This document shows positions 50,075 to 62,865 of a stretch of 64,000 nucleotides of DNA, one piece after another (position 1 is the stretch's first letter; each line of letters starts with the position of its first letter). A program made the translations under genes and the position numbers. The notes below the pieces were generated by a model. It worked only from the letters and a program-made list of their open reading frames with translations. It searched no databases and was not told where the DNA came from. The DNA is from Pelomyxa schiedti (Eukaryota > Protista > Evosea): positions 89,623-153,622 of the forward strand of contig JAHLWZ010000797.1 in the NCBI GenBank assembly GCA_020536535.1. The letters are read 5' to 3'.

Positions 50075-50175
50075 TTCGATCGCGTCTTCTCACTTGGTTT
50101 CTTAACTTTTTGAGTTGGTTTTAAGTTTTTTTTGATGTTAAGAGAACGAGCTCCTTAGCAAAAAAGAAGGTGGTT

Positions 50176-53100
50176 TCAGTGCGAAAGTATTTCCATTTCT
50201 ACGGTACAGGAAGAGGTAGTGGAGGGGACGGGGCTCGGGGGTGGTGGGGGCTCTATCGTCGAGTGCTGTTGTTGTGGCAGCGGGGGCGGCGGGGGCAGGG
50301 ACTCGGCTGGTAGCTGTGGTGGTGGAATCGGAATGGAATCTGTGTAGTCAGGAGGGGGCGAGAGTGGGAGTGGTATTGGTTGCTGTTGTGGTAACAGCGG
50401 CGGTTCCGGTTGTACACTGGGGAATGGAATCGGTTGGATGCTGGCGAGTGACTGAGGTAGTGGGGGTGGTATGTCTTGGGGGATGGGGATTTCTGATGGA
50501 GGTGGCGGCGGGGGTGTCTGGAAGTCTTGCGGAGGCGGAATGTCTGGTGGCGGAGGCGGTGCAATGTCCTGTGGGGGTGGGGGAAGTAGAATTTCTTTCG
50601 GCGGTGGCGGTGGTGGTATGAGGAGTTCCTGTGGTGGAGGTGAGGGTGGAATTGCTATGTCCTGCCGATTTGGAAGCAGTATTACTACATCTGGAGGTGG
50701 GGGTGGAGCTGGTGTTTCTTGTGGAGGAAGGGGTACTGTGATGGTTTGTGCTGACCCTTGAAGTGCTCCGAGGTCTTGTGGAGGTGGTGACACACTGATT
50801 TGTGGAGGTGGAGGTACTGCAATTTCTTGTGGAGGTGGCACAATAATTTCCTGCGGAGGTGGTGTTGTGATTTCTGGTTGTGGTGGAACGGTTATTTCTT
50901 GTAGTGGGGGCGGCACTATTATCTCTTGCGATGAGGGTGGAACAGGAATTTCTTGTGGAGGTGGTTGTATACCTTGTGATGGTGGTCCAATTTCTTGGGG
51001 CGGTGGAATTTCTTGTGGTGGTGGGATGAACTGGCCTGGAGGTGGAGGAATTTCTTGTGGTGATGGAATATTTGAGGTGCTCACAGGTGGTGGAATCTGG
51101 ACAGCGGAAGAAGGCGGTTTTTGAATGTCATTTGCTGGAGGAGGTATATCAAAATTGTCATAAACAGATCCCTGCATTACGGTTAATTCGCTGTTGACTT
51201 GCAATTACTGTTTTTCGGTACCACAAGTCCATCCAGAGAATTTGAGCGCGGTTTGTGGTGTATAACAGGTAATTCCTGTGCTACTGGAGAGTGGCTAGGT
51301 AGCTTTACATATTGTTACCGGTAGAAAAAAAGGGATAACGCACTGTTCGTTGTTGTCCCAGTCTGGAAGGGCTCGGGCTTAATGAGGTACTGGACTTATA
51401 CCAATTGCATGAGGTATCACAGAGTTTGCCTGGGTTGTGTATATGTGGAGTGGATGAAGTTGTAGTGGCAGAAGTGTGTAATAGATGAGTAGGTGACTGT
51501 GCTTGCGGATGCAATGGTTTGAAGGATGTACATTTAGCTGGTAAGTTGGATGATGTGGTGGTTGCTTCCTGTTGTCAAATTAAACTAACGCACTTAACAG
51601 GGATTCGTACTAATTGTATTTTACCAACACGAAAGCACAACATTGAACAGTGATCCATTTTTCCTGAAGAAAGATTACATTGCTGGAAATTCCTGACTCG
51701 CTCGTACCAGGGTAAAGTTGGTAGTTTGAGGGAAGCCGGTCCCCAGTTTTTTGTTCCATAAATTGTCTGCTACTTGTTGTAGTCTCGAAACAGTGTTGGC
51801 GCAGGATATTACAGAGATCCTGAGGACAAGTTGACTTATTGAAACATTGCTGCAGATACTGGAGTGAATAATTCATCTGTAAAATGTGAGTATTGGTAAA
51901 ACTGAATAACTACTTTAATTTGCGTGATATCCTCTGGTGTATAGTCATCCCAGGAGGTTTTAGACGGGTCTGGGCCCCCAGCGTTCTGAAGATTATTTTT
52001 GATTGTGTTGGGTCAAGCTTTGGGTTTTACCTGTGGTTGCAATCCTAAAATTTGGGGATCGAGGTTGTCATGTATCCCATCGGATACCATTAGAATCCAG
52101 TCGTCCTCAACGCAAGGAATACAAAACACCTTGGGAAAATGAACGAAATATAAGTAGATTAAAATCCAACTGCAAGATTTCGGGTATCAGGGAGTCCATT
52201 TTTATAAGGGCCCAGCCTTCCACCACAATCTCCTGCAGCAAGGGTATTGAGGCGGTGTTTACGTGTCACATCAACGACAGTATTGCCGTTACTTGTTTGA
52301 ATACAGAAAACCTGAATATGGTTGATAAGAGTGCCGGGATATGACGTAAGTAACTTTACAGTCTCCTATAGCACAGCAAACAAATTGAAAGGGATGCTTC
52401 TCCTCTTTGTTTTCCACAAGAATTCCCCCCAGGATGGTAGTAGTCCCAGCCTCCCACCACGCATCCCCAAAGCCCTCTAAAATCTAACAAGATTCCATCG
52501 GCAACGGGATTCATTTAGAGCAGATCAAACCTTGTAATGAGCAGCAGAAAAAGCATTCAACATTAAAAACCCTAGTTCACGGGTATTGTCGACTGTCCCT
52601 TGGTGCTCATCTACATATTTCAAAAAAGTTTCACATGCATGATGAGCAGCGTTTCGTGAAGGGACGCCCCAATTGCCTATTTGAGAAAGTAAACGTAAAA
52701 TTAGACCACAGAGATAAAGCATACAGCCATCTGCCACACACGCAACAGTTCTGTTTTGGTAAAACTGAAGACCAATGCAATCACACACTGGGTCACCATA
52801 CCGGGTCGAATCCTAGAATATGAAAGAAAAATTGAGGCCAAAGACAGAAAGCAAATAATGCTCACAGGCAATATTGGATATGTGCTGAATATTTGAGTTG
52901 CAAGTGTTCCTTGAATGTAAAAACAGTTATCAACGTCGCTTTCAACAGTTGGAAGTAGCAAAGACAACACTGGATCGCCACTTGGGTGGCGAAGTGTATA
53001 CCTAATTGGTGTAAATTAGCTCAACGCACATCGCGAGTGAAAATAACCGTGGAAATTTGCTGGTAAACTCTTTAAGAAGTACATTATCAGGAGAATAATA

Positions 53101-53552
53101 TAAATCCCGTTGGCCATGCTTTTTTGAGACTGTCATTTGGTGGGTAATAGACAAACAAGGGAAAGACTGACACACATAAGTGGACATGGCGCAAACTCCA
53201 AACTCTGTTGTGAAACAATAAATATGGGAAAGGTCAGGTACTTCAAGAGGAACACTAACTTTTTTTTGTCATCATCAGAACGCCCTCTGGTTCTAGCGAG
53301 ACACGACGAGGATGTGCTCGACGAGTGACGGTGACCCAGTGTTCTGGACGCGGAAAGCGACAGAGTGGGTAACGCACTAGCGGATCTTGGTGGTATCTTG
53401 TTACTTGTGCGCGGTTTTTCGCTATGTTCACTCCCACTTGTACTGTGGCCACTGCCACTTGTGCTCTTGTTGTTGCCGTCGGCGCCATGGTTGTCGGCGT
53501 TTTCGTCAGTGCTTTTAGTGTCGCCTTTACCGCTGTTGTTGGTAGTACTCAT
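50176..53552 (-). CDS. PP2C-like (PPM-type) domain protein with Pro-rich repeat tail
   Basis: STYP..GDPMCD, ACVADGCNWG..AA, AGTTTILGG, IGDCK, DCGGRLGP motifs match the divergent PP2C-like family (Drosophila CG9801-type). The last exon is a 342-aa Pro-rich ORF. Confidence 0.75.
50230..51130 (-). repeat. Coding tandem repeat of PPPQEI/PPPQDI units
   Basis: Many imperfect P(2-5)Q[ED][IL] units in ORF 50176..51204, with repeated ATTTCTTGTGGAGGTGG on the plus strand. Confidence 0.8.
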
Positions 53553-53926
53553 GGTAGCCACGAATTAGCAAATCCAAATGAGATCTGTCGTAGTAGTGGC
53601 CGTCCCCCGTTTGTCGTCACAAGATCTTGCGTTCCACTGCAAACCGCCTTTGCGTTCGTACGCCAACTTAAATAAACAAAGGCAAAGCTGTTTTGATGGT
53701 CATCAATTGTATGCAGTTCCCGTAACCAGATTGACATCCCGTAACACCAAAAACAAAAAAAAAAAAAAATAATTCACGTACGCGAATGTACCTCGTTGAG
53801 AAAGTTTTTTTTTTGGGTAGAGTTCACGTGTTCAATGCTTCGGTGGATGAATGTATGTGTTTGTTGCGTGAATGTTCTTTTGATTGAATGAGTGATTGAT
53901 TGGGGTGGTGTGAGTGATATCTACAA

Positions 53927-55174
53927 TCACCAGGAGCTGCCATGCCCACCTCCACCATAACTACCTCCACCACCAAAGGAACTTGAAGAACCACTGCTGG
54001 CGGGTGCGTTTATGGCTTGGAATACTCTGTGAGAAATGTTACTTATTTGGTGAGTTTGTTGGTTGTTTGTTTGCGATTGGGAACGAGAAGGGCATACGGG
54101 TCTGTGGTGAATGATGCTCTTGGGTTTGTAGTCCATGTGTTGAGTAGGGCCTGTTCCACAGGGTGAATTGAAATCTAAATTGAGGGAAAAAGGTACAGTG
54201 TTGATAATTCTTGGGTACCGCATGTGAATAGAATTCAATCTGAAAGCCACTTCTTGATCCACCATATGCTCTGCTTCGCCTGATTTGAGTTTTAGACTCT
54301 TGTTCCCTTCTTTCTTCTTGCTACTTACTCTTGGTATTAGGAGCCTCACCAGTATTAACATCAGTTCTACATATTGGGCATCCACGGTTGGTTTGGGTCC
54401 AACGTGTAATGCAAGACTAAAAGGAAAAATGTAACCACAAAAAGGATGCAACCAGTGGTACTTTGCAAAACTTGTGTCCGCATATAAGGATTTCAGACTG
54501 CGATGTTGGTTTGAAATCTTCGAGGCATATAGGGCAAGACGTTGCAGCAAATCGTTCCGCTTTTTTCAGTGCAGTCTCTCTATCCCGTTCTAGGCGTTCC
54601 AAGTGCCGGTGGCATCGGCTATAGTCAGATGGCATGAAGAATCTGTTGGTGAATGTGTCAGTCAAACAGTAACTTTTGCATAACAATACTTTATAAGAGC
54701 AATAACAACAAAGAAACCAATGATCACCCAGCCCCACTTATCAAAGAAATTGGATTTTCCTTTCAACAGAATTTCATGTATTTTCCATGCTGCCACCTTG
54801 CAAGATATTTTTAGGGGATGCCTAAGTTACTATTATGTTACCGCAACCGCTTCATCATATTTCTCAGCTTTCAGGAGGGGTCTGGCGAGTTCGAAGACTG
54901 CATCGATTGCATTCTCGGTCATTACCTTTTTTGCACCAGCACCTGTGAAATGAGAAAAGACCTCCACCGTGTGATTATACACTAACCTGTCGAAATGTGG
55001 ATAACCCTGTCTTGGATAGATACAAACAGAAGAACACCGTTGTTGCAATCTTTGTTTCCCACACCCCACTTATCCATAATTCTATTTGATACCAATGCCG
55101 CTTGCTCGATAGCATTCCTAGGAGCAGGTTCCATCGCAGAAACAACCAGGACACCAAGTTCATAGCCAGCTTTC

Positions 55175-55213
<39 letters not shown>

Positions 55214-55622
55214 TTCACAAGGCAGTATGTGCATGAAATTACAAACATACAGAACCACAGTTGCTCATAACTTCGGTTTGTATTTTCTCTGCCCATGCGT
55301 TCACAGCATCAATTCCAATTCCACTCAACACAGCGTGAGGGTTACATACATGAGAACCTGCCAACAAACACCCCAAAATAAATATGCTGTAGTGAAGAGA
55401 CCAACAACGACAACAAAAAACCCCAACCCACAATTTATTGTAGAGAGAGCAGAAAGCGAATAACAACGCACCTTGGGGTACGTGACAGGCATCTGGTTCC
55501 ATCCAAGGACTCGGTGTGTCCTCCGTTGTTCGCGTTTCAACTGACCCCGACGCAACCATAACGTTTCCCATAATCACCAACACCACCGCGTAGCCAACCC
55601 ACAACATCCACCGCGTTGCCAT
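53927..55622 (-). CDS. Signal peptide + TPM (MOLO1/YgcG-like) domain + TM helix + RING finger + Gly-rich Trp-terminal tail
   Basis: Hydrophobic N-terminus; VCNPHAVLS; WGVGNKDCNNGVLLFVSIQDRVIHISTGAG; TM WGWVIIGFFVVIALI; RING CPICLEDF...CGHKFCKSC...W...CPICR; ends SFGGGGSYGGGGHGSSW*. Confidence 0.85.
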
Positions 55623-55846
55623 GTATCGTAGCCTTGATTTTTGTTTGCGTTGCTTCACGCCACGTGTGCGTCCGTTGGTGTACAACCCCCGGGCCAAGTT
55701 GGAATTCTGTGACTCACTGAAAAGAGTGGAGTCTTGTCTTCATTCTGAAGGGAGCTGCCCGGTAGGTATGCGTTCCCCGTTCCTTGTCTTCCACAGTCCT
55801 CCAGACCTTGTCTGGTACAGAAGCATAAGATCTGTAAACAAAAAAA

Positions 55847-57402
55847 ATGGGAGATGAAGAAGGCGACTACGCCGGCGGCGTGACGATGGAGGAGGAAGAG
55901 GAGACCCTTCCGCCCGACCAAGACCACGACGCACCCTCCCGCACCTCCTCCACCATCTCGCAGCCCGACGAGGACTTCGACGGCGACACCGACGCCCCGC
56001 GGCGGCCCCCCACGCCGCCCCCTGCCGCTACCTCGTCCGCCGCCACAACTGCCACCACGTCCACGTCATCGTCTGCATCTGCCACCCCGGAGCCAGCCGC
56101 AGCCAAGGCCGTTGACAACTCCCTGCCGAAATCCAGATCAGGCATCGGCGAGGCCGACCCCGCGGCCCCGACGTGCCCCGCGAAGGAGAAACCCGCCGCG
56201 GTGTGCGGGCCCGTGAGGCCGCCGGCTGGCCCCGCCCGAACCAGGTCCCAGTCCAGCGACGACGCAGCGGCGAGTGAGCAGCCGGCCGTAGCAGTTGCTG
56301 TCAAGAAGGAAGCGGTGCCTAAGGCTGAGACGGAGACTGGGACTGGGACTGGGACTGGGACTGCTGCGAACGAGAAGGCAAAGGCAACGGCGCCTGAGCC
56401 AGCCGCCCCTGCTCCATCGACATCGGCACCAACTCCAACACCAACACCGACGCCCATTGTTGGGCCACCTAGGCCACCGGCGCAGGCTGCTGTTGAAGTT
56501 TCCAAGGCGAGTGACGAGGGAAGCTCCGCCGCAATTGTGGGACCCCCTAGGCCCAAGCCCCTCGCTGCTTCTCCCACAATGGCGCCGAAGGAAGCGGTTG
56601 TGGAGCAGCGCGTTGTTGGACCCGCGAGACCTACTGAAAAGAAGCCTGAGGCCCCCCAAGTTGAGATATCCAAGCCCCCGGCTGCAGCTGTTGTCGGTGA
56701 CCAGCAAGTCAAACGCGTTGTAGGACCTGTGAGGCCTTCAAGTGCTAGTGCGAGTGTAAATGCAAACTCAAATTCCAATTCTGCAGCAAAACCACCTACT
56801 GACGAGGACTCTTTCTTGGTGGGCCCACCGCGGCCTCCCAATGTGGTCAGAGATGAAGAGGAGGTCATGCCTGGTCCGCCCAGGCCACCTACATCGGCGG
56901 CAGCAGAACGCTTTACGAAGGGTGGAAGCATTGTTGGGCCAGTGAGCCCTAGTTCCAGATTTGTGGGTCCCCCAAGGCCCCTTCCAAGTGAGGGTGACAG
57001 TGATGATGATGATGAAAATCCAGCTGCTAGGCAACCCCCCGAGGTCCCGCAGAAACGAGCGTATGCACTATACCACTTCAAAAATAAATCCTGATGATAT
57101 AAACACCCTAGAAACACAAATCCAAATAGCTGATTGTTCTCCCTCCCAGCAATTTAAGTGCCCCGCTAGCTCAGGCTCCGGCTCCCAAGAAAGCAGCGCC
57201 CGTATCTGCTCAGCAGAGGTACGGCAGGATTGTTAGGAAAGGCAAGTTCAATTTCAAGTCCTCTAAAACGTAAGTCAACCTCCCAAATCACCCAGTACTC
57301 AAATAGTTCACAGGGAAGAAGCCACAGAGGAAACAGACGAATCAGCATCCAACATGCTCGACAAACGTTGCAAGAAGAAATCCGACCGTTTATGCAACTA
57401 AC
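55847..57402 (+). CDS. Ala/Pro-rich disordered protein with repeated [VI]GP[PVA]RP motifs (3' end approximate)
   Basis: 415-aa first exon from ATG 55847 with about 9 GPxRP motifs, followed by short downstream exons. Confidence 0.6.
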
Positions 57403-57559
57403 CCAAACTCTCAACGACAACACAACAAACAACACCAACAACTCCCCTCCCTCAAAGATCTCACCACTTTTTCTGATACTTTTCTTCCCCTAAAAGACCG
57501 TTTTTTTTCAAAACAAACAGCGAATTACCAAAACCCAATCGAAACCGAAACGAAAGGGG

Positions 57560-60500
57560 ATGTTTTCCCGCGGGCCGCAGCTTCCGGGGCTGCTGTCGAG
57601 CGTGGCGCTGTACAACGTGAGGAGGGTGGCGCTGTGCACGAGCCACGACTGCGACCTGGTGGCCTACGCGACGCGGGAGGTCGACCTGCTGTGCGGCGGG
57701 TGGACGGACGACGTGGAGGTCATGATGGCGTGCGACGCGACGCGGGGGGCCGCCGCGGCCGTGGACTTCGCGACGGTGGTGAGGCGCATGGACAGGCCCA
57801 GGTGCGGGGCCGTGGCGCTGTCGCGGGACGGCGCGGCGCTGGCCTGCGTGTGCCCCGAGCACGCCGAGCCCACGGTGCAGGTGCACGCAGTGGTGAAGTG
57901 TATGTGCCCTTTTCGGTTCCGTTTTTCATCAAGTGGGTGGGGATGAGATATCGGGTGGTTTTTTTTTCTTTTTCCTTTTTGGAGTTGTCTCTGAAAATCT
58001 CACCTTTTTTTTTTTTTTTTTTTGTTGCTTGTTGTTGTTGCAGCACCAACACGGCGTATAACTGTTCAGCCTGGCAAGACTCTCGCTCCTCCAAATTCGT
58101 CGGAAATTCACCACTGTTCTTTTGCTACAGCACGTGGCAATCTGCTTGCTGTTTGTTCTTCTTTGCGCAGAGATGTGTCTTTGCATGGGGGGATGTTAAC
58201 CTTGTGGGACATTGGCCCTAATGTTACTACACCAATTCAAAAAGAACTTCCTTCCCGCTGGCCAGTTCTGTGGTGTGATACAACGTACCAACATCTTGTT
58301 TCACTTTCCTGTGGATCAACATCCCCCCAAGGAATAACTATGTCACTGCAACTTCGTGATTTATGCAACAATAGTGCCGAGATATGGTCTCATGAGCACA
58401 CACTCGACAGCCGAGAATGTTCCATAACGTTGTCAAGTTCATCATTCTGCTGCAAGTTTGTTCCTCAACTCTGTCACTCTGATTTGATATCAGTCGGCGA
58501 TCCACAGCACGTTCTTATTTATGATATTCGCCAGCCAGGAGCAATGCCTCCTGTTCTCAATTTCTCTCATCTCGATGGAGGTTGCCGCCGTCAAGAGTGC
58601 CAAGTGAATTGTTTCAGTGCCTTATCCACTGAGTGGTCATCTTTTTCTGGAAGTGCCTCTAGTGATCAATTGAAGTTTGTGACTGGCTGCTCAAAGGGGC
58701 TCACACTATGGGATGGTCGTAAACCAACAGTTCCAGCTTCAGTTCTTAATTTAGGAGGGCCAGTGGTATGCTGCGATGCTGATGGAACAAAGTTGGCAGT
58801 AGCAACTGCAAGTGACATTAAGAGATTCGACAGTGACTGTGAGTATTCCCTTCATTTTTTTTTTTTTTCAACTTAGTTGTTCCCACATCAAGACTTGGAG
58901 ACTATTATTTATGGTATCCCTGATCCCACAAATCCAACACATGCAAGTTGGAAGCAAGGTATAAGTCCATGTCCATTTTCGCAATTAAACCTCAGCATTA
59001 GTTGTTCATGCCCTGTGGCGGGATATACAGGTCAAACTACCAACTGATAAACTCTGGTGGACAAGCCATTGTAACGTCTTCCTATTGTCTTCAGACATAC
59101 AAATCCGGGATATTCGAAATGGTATTATTGATATTATTAAGCTCTCTGATATTGAAAAACGTTCATTAAGGTCGCTCATCACCAAAATTTTTTTTTTATT
59201 CAATGTGTTTAGGATCGAGCAAAGTGTTTTACTGTTTGAAACCAAGAAAGGCAAATTGTATAAATTCCGTACCCTAGCAAAAGTGGAAGAGGCGTTAGCA
59301 TTGTTTGAGAAGGTTCTCGACGATCTGGCATCATTTGGATCAAATATTTTGAGGCAGTTTTCAGAATCCGACTTCCAAAAAATTGGAACTGTATGTCCCC
59401 ATTATTTCTATATTTCACTCACGAGTGTTTAGAACCCTATTGGAACAGGCAAACTTCTACATTCATTGTAAGGTATTTCTTATCCTTTCCAAGGTACTTT
59501 TGGGAGTGTATGGCAGGCAGAATGCAAACCAACAAAATTGGTCTATGCCCTTAAGTATTTGAATGGAAACGACCGCAACGAAATGTCTGAAATCCACATG
59601 CTATCTCAAATACATCATAAATTTATTCTGAAATGCTTGGGATTTTTCCAGGTTGCTACCCCACAAAACAAATAGAAAATATGAACTATTCCATAGACAC
59701 ATGAACGGAAATTGTGTATTATAACAGAGTTTATAGAGGGAGGTAATTTGGAGAACTATCTTTACGAAAGCACAAAGTACCATTTGGCTGTCCGGCAAAT
59801 GGCTGAGCTTGCATGCAACGTACTTGTTCAGGCTCCCAACAGCCTTACTCACAGTTCATTTCTCAGATTTCAGAGGGAATGAGATATTTGCATGAACAGA
59901 ACATGCTCCACAGGTGAAGTTGTTTCTTTCCTCTATCCTCTCTAACTGTTCACAGAGACCTTAAGGTTTAGCAAACATTTCCTTTTTTCTTGTTTAGGCA
60001 CTGTTTAGCCATCGAATATTTTAATTCAAAAGTGGCATAGCTACATTAAAATATGTAGTCCCACAGAGGGATTTCGAAGGAATAACTCAAGCTCCAGGTG
60101 ACTTTGGACAGGCTCGAATCCTTTTACCAGACCAGTCAAATGGTCGAATGACAATGGGTGTTGGAACACAAGTGTACGATTCCTGTTCATTCATTTCTTA
60201 CAGTCACATTAAGGTACAATGCCCCTGAAATTACCACTGCCCATTACGATTTTTCTGTTGATGTGTACTCCTTTGGTAAAGAAATTTCTTGGGTTATGTT
60301 ACGTAACTAAAGGATAGGGCTAATGTTGTGGGAAATTCACACACGGACACGAGTATGGTCTGGATTTGAGGACTCTGCTTCCATGTTGAGTAGCCAAAAA
60401 CCAACTGTACAACTGACGCCCTTCTCAGAAGAGACCAAAGACCCCCAATTCAAGGTAACATGAACCCAGTCCTTACGAGCATAATGCAAGAGTGTTGGAA

Positions 60501-61131
60501 TGCCAATCCATTACTGAGACCAACATTCGCGAACATCGTGGAGCGCCTCACTGCCCTAATATCCGGCGATGGAGCGAAACCAACTGCGGTTTTTTCAACC
60601 TTTGACTATCCCTGGTCCAACTGGCTAATTTCGCTCCCATAATGCAGGATCTTTCTGGTGTCCCGCCACCAAGCACTGGCAACAATCCCACACCGCACGT
60701 TGATGCTAGCAAATTCAGGTACGAGGCCAAAATTTGTTTGTTGTTGTGAGCTCCCTCTCACTATTTCCTTCCAGGACGACGCCTATCCCGAAACCTGGTG
60801 TGTCTGGTGGCCCAATTGGGACGCCTGGTGGTGAGCCAGACCAAATGACAACGAATTGCACATCCACGACAGCATCTGTCGTTGTGCTACCATCCGAGGC
60901 GGCGTCTGTGTTCAAGACCAACTCGAATCCCTTGCCTCTCCCACAAGCAAGTTCCACCAACAGCAACCCACCAGGCCCAAAGTGCCCGAATTCGGAATGT
61001 CAAAACGTACCCCCGCTCGGCAGCAAGGTACTCTCAACTCATACCTGTTGCTGTACTTGTCATCTCATTCTTTTCAGTTCTGCAACATCTGTGGGACTCT
61101 CATACCTCCGCCTGTTGCTTCTAAAATGTAA
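57560..61131 (+). CDS. WD40-like + PH-like + TKL-type protein kinase + C-terminal zinc ribbon (could be two genes)
   Basis: Propeller-like blades (LTLWDIG, VLIYDIR, LTLWDGR). Kinase GTFGSVW, YALK, HRDLKPSN, DFG, APE, DVYSFG, CW..P..RPTF. Terminal CPNSEC...KFCNICG. Confidence 0.7.
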
Positions 61132-61282
61132 AAATGTCCCCACCGCACCGTCTCACCTGCTGTAAGAGTACAACACTATTCCAAACCATAATCCACCCCA
61201 AACCCCAGCCTCTCCGCCGGGTATTTATAGATCGAGGTAATCAAAGACGGAAAAAAACCAAAAAAAAAAAAAACCAAGAAAC

Positions 61283-62674
61283 ATGAAGTCGTTTGTGGCA
61301 GTTCTTGCCTTGGTTGGCGTAGTGTGTTGTGTGCTTACGCAGGAGGACGTCGACAAGATCAACCGCGAGTCGTCGTGGACAGCGTCTCTGGACGCACCCA
61401 AGGCGAAAATGACCACCAAGGAGGCGAGGGAGTTCCTGGGCCTGGACCTCGAGGCCAGGGGCGGACTCAGATCTGTAGCCTACGGGGTGTCGGCGGACGC
61501 TCTCCCAGCCTCGTTCGACGCTAGAGATAACTGGCCTGACTGCCAATCGATTAAAATGGTGTGTAAAGACATGCCAGCCCTCGGAATCGTCGTTTTATTT
61601 TCCCTTTGATGAACGCTGTGACGACTAACTTTTTTTTCCCCCTCAGATCCGCGACCAAAGTGATTGTGGGAGCTGGTTTGGGCCCTCTCTTTGTGATAGA
61701 GATAAATTTCGATATTAAATTAAATGACAATGATACTTTATAAAGTATAATATACTGATGCTATGTGGCAGCTGGGCTTTTGGAGCTGTGGAATCCATGT
61801 CTGACCGTGAATGTAACAGGTTTTTGAATTCTCTGTCTTCATTAACTGTGTCCCGCAGGCATTATTAACAAACAAGATATTATTTTGTCTGCCGAAGATA
61901 TGAACTCTTGCAGTGTTGGGTCTAAGGGCCAAGATTGCGGTTCCTGCAATGGTGGCCAAGATGCTTGTGCATGGCAATACTTCGCAACAAAGGGTGTGGT
62001 AACAGAAGATTGTTACCCTTACTCGTATGTATTTCTGTCTCACATCCTTTCTCTAATTCACTTTCTTTATTCCCCTTTTGGAACTCACAGACTCCCTGGT
62101 ATCTTTCCCCACCTTCACTTTTCATCTAATTCATTGCAGGATGTGATCATCACATTGAGAACTCCACAAATCCCTGCCCTGATAGGATGTATAAGACACC
62201 TACCTGCCAAACAGGTTGCTCAGTTCAAGGAGAGTCATGGAACAAGTACTACGGTGAAACACCCTATGCTGTTCATAATGAGGCCGGTAATGTTTTGTAA
62301 GAAGTCTCCCAACTACTCACTCTACCACAGACATAATGAATGAAATTTACACCAACGGACCTTGTGAAACTGGGTTCACTGTTTATGAAGACTTCCTAAC
62401 CTATACCGGAGGAATTTATAAGCACGTTACTGGAGCCTCTGATGGTGGCCATGCAGTTAAGTTTATAGGATGGGGCGAGGAGAACGGTGAGAAGTACTGG
62501 CTTGTAGCAAACTCCTGGAATGAGTGAGTCCATTTCCTTCTCACTTTTGCAAATGGTTACTCAACTCCCTACTTTAGACACTGGGGAGAGAAAGGGTTCT
62601 TCAGGATCCTCCGCGGAACCAACGAGTGTGGCATTGAGGACACTTGCAACTGTGGTATCCCCAAACAACTTTGA
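61283..62674 (+). CDS. CTSB: Cathepsin B-like cysteine protease (papain family C1A)
   Basis: Signal peptide, [28 protein letters not shown], occluding loop [39 protein letters not shown]. Confidence 0.95.
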
Positions 62675-62865
62675 AAACAACACAGCTAAAAAAAAAATTA
62701 CTTCAACCCTCTTACGGATACAACCAACTCGAAAACCAGTTAAACAAACTCTAAAAGAGTCCTGAAAAAACTTAAACTCGTTTTCGGGGAGCTGTGGGCA
62801 AACATTGGCAATAGTTTCTGACATCATCATTTTTATAGGAAAACGGGTCGATTTATGTGCTGCAA

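Noticed and set aside
50075-50093. GTG start of the 2368-aa ORF in the ORF track
   Set aside because: In a eukaryotic gene, ATG 50074 plus a GT-AG intron (50056-49986) gives a more plausible in-frame start.
55177-55210. Long poly-T tract, a possible retroelement poly-A tail
   Set aside because: It lies in an intron. Similar homopolymers occur in many introns here, with no target-site duplication or RT sequence.
55700-55825. Minus strand ATACCTACCGGGCAG resembles the U1 snRNA 5' end, with local hairpins (GACTCAC...GTGGAGTC, CCAGAC...GTCTGG)
   Set aside because: No U1 loop I/II consensus or Sm site. It is better explained as the complement of a 5' splice site of a short plus-strand 5'-UTR intron. 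It is not a convincing TPP riboswitch either.
55867-57117. Long antisense ORFs (416 aa here; also many in 19200-21190, 33900-34500, 43000-49900, 50240-51124)
   Set aside because: Shadow frames of GC-rich or low-complexity sense exons, with no domain content.
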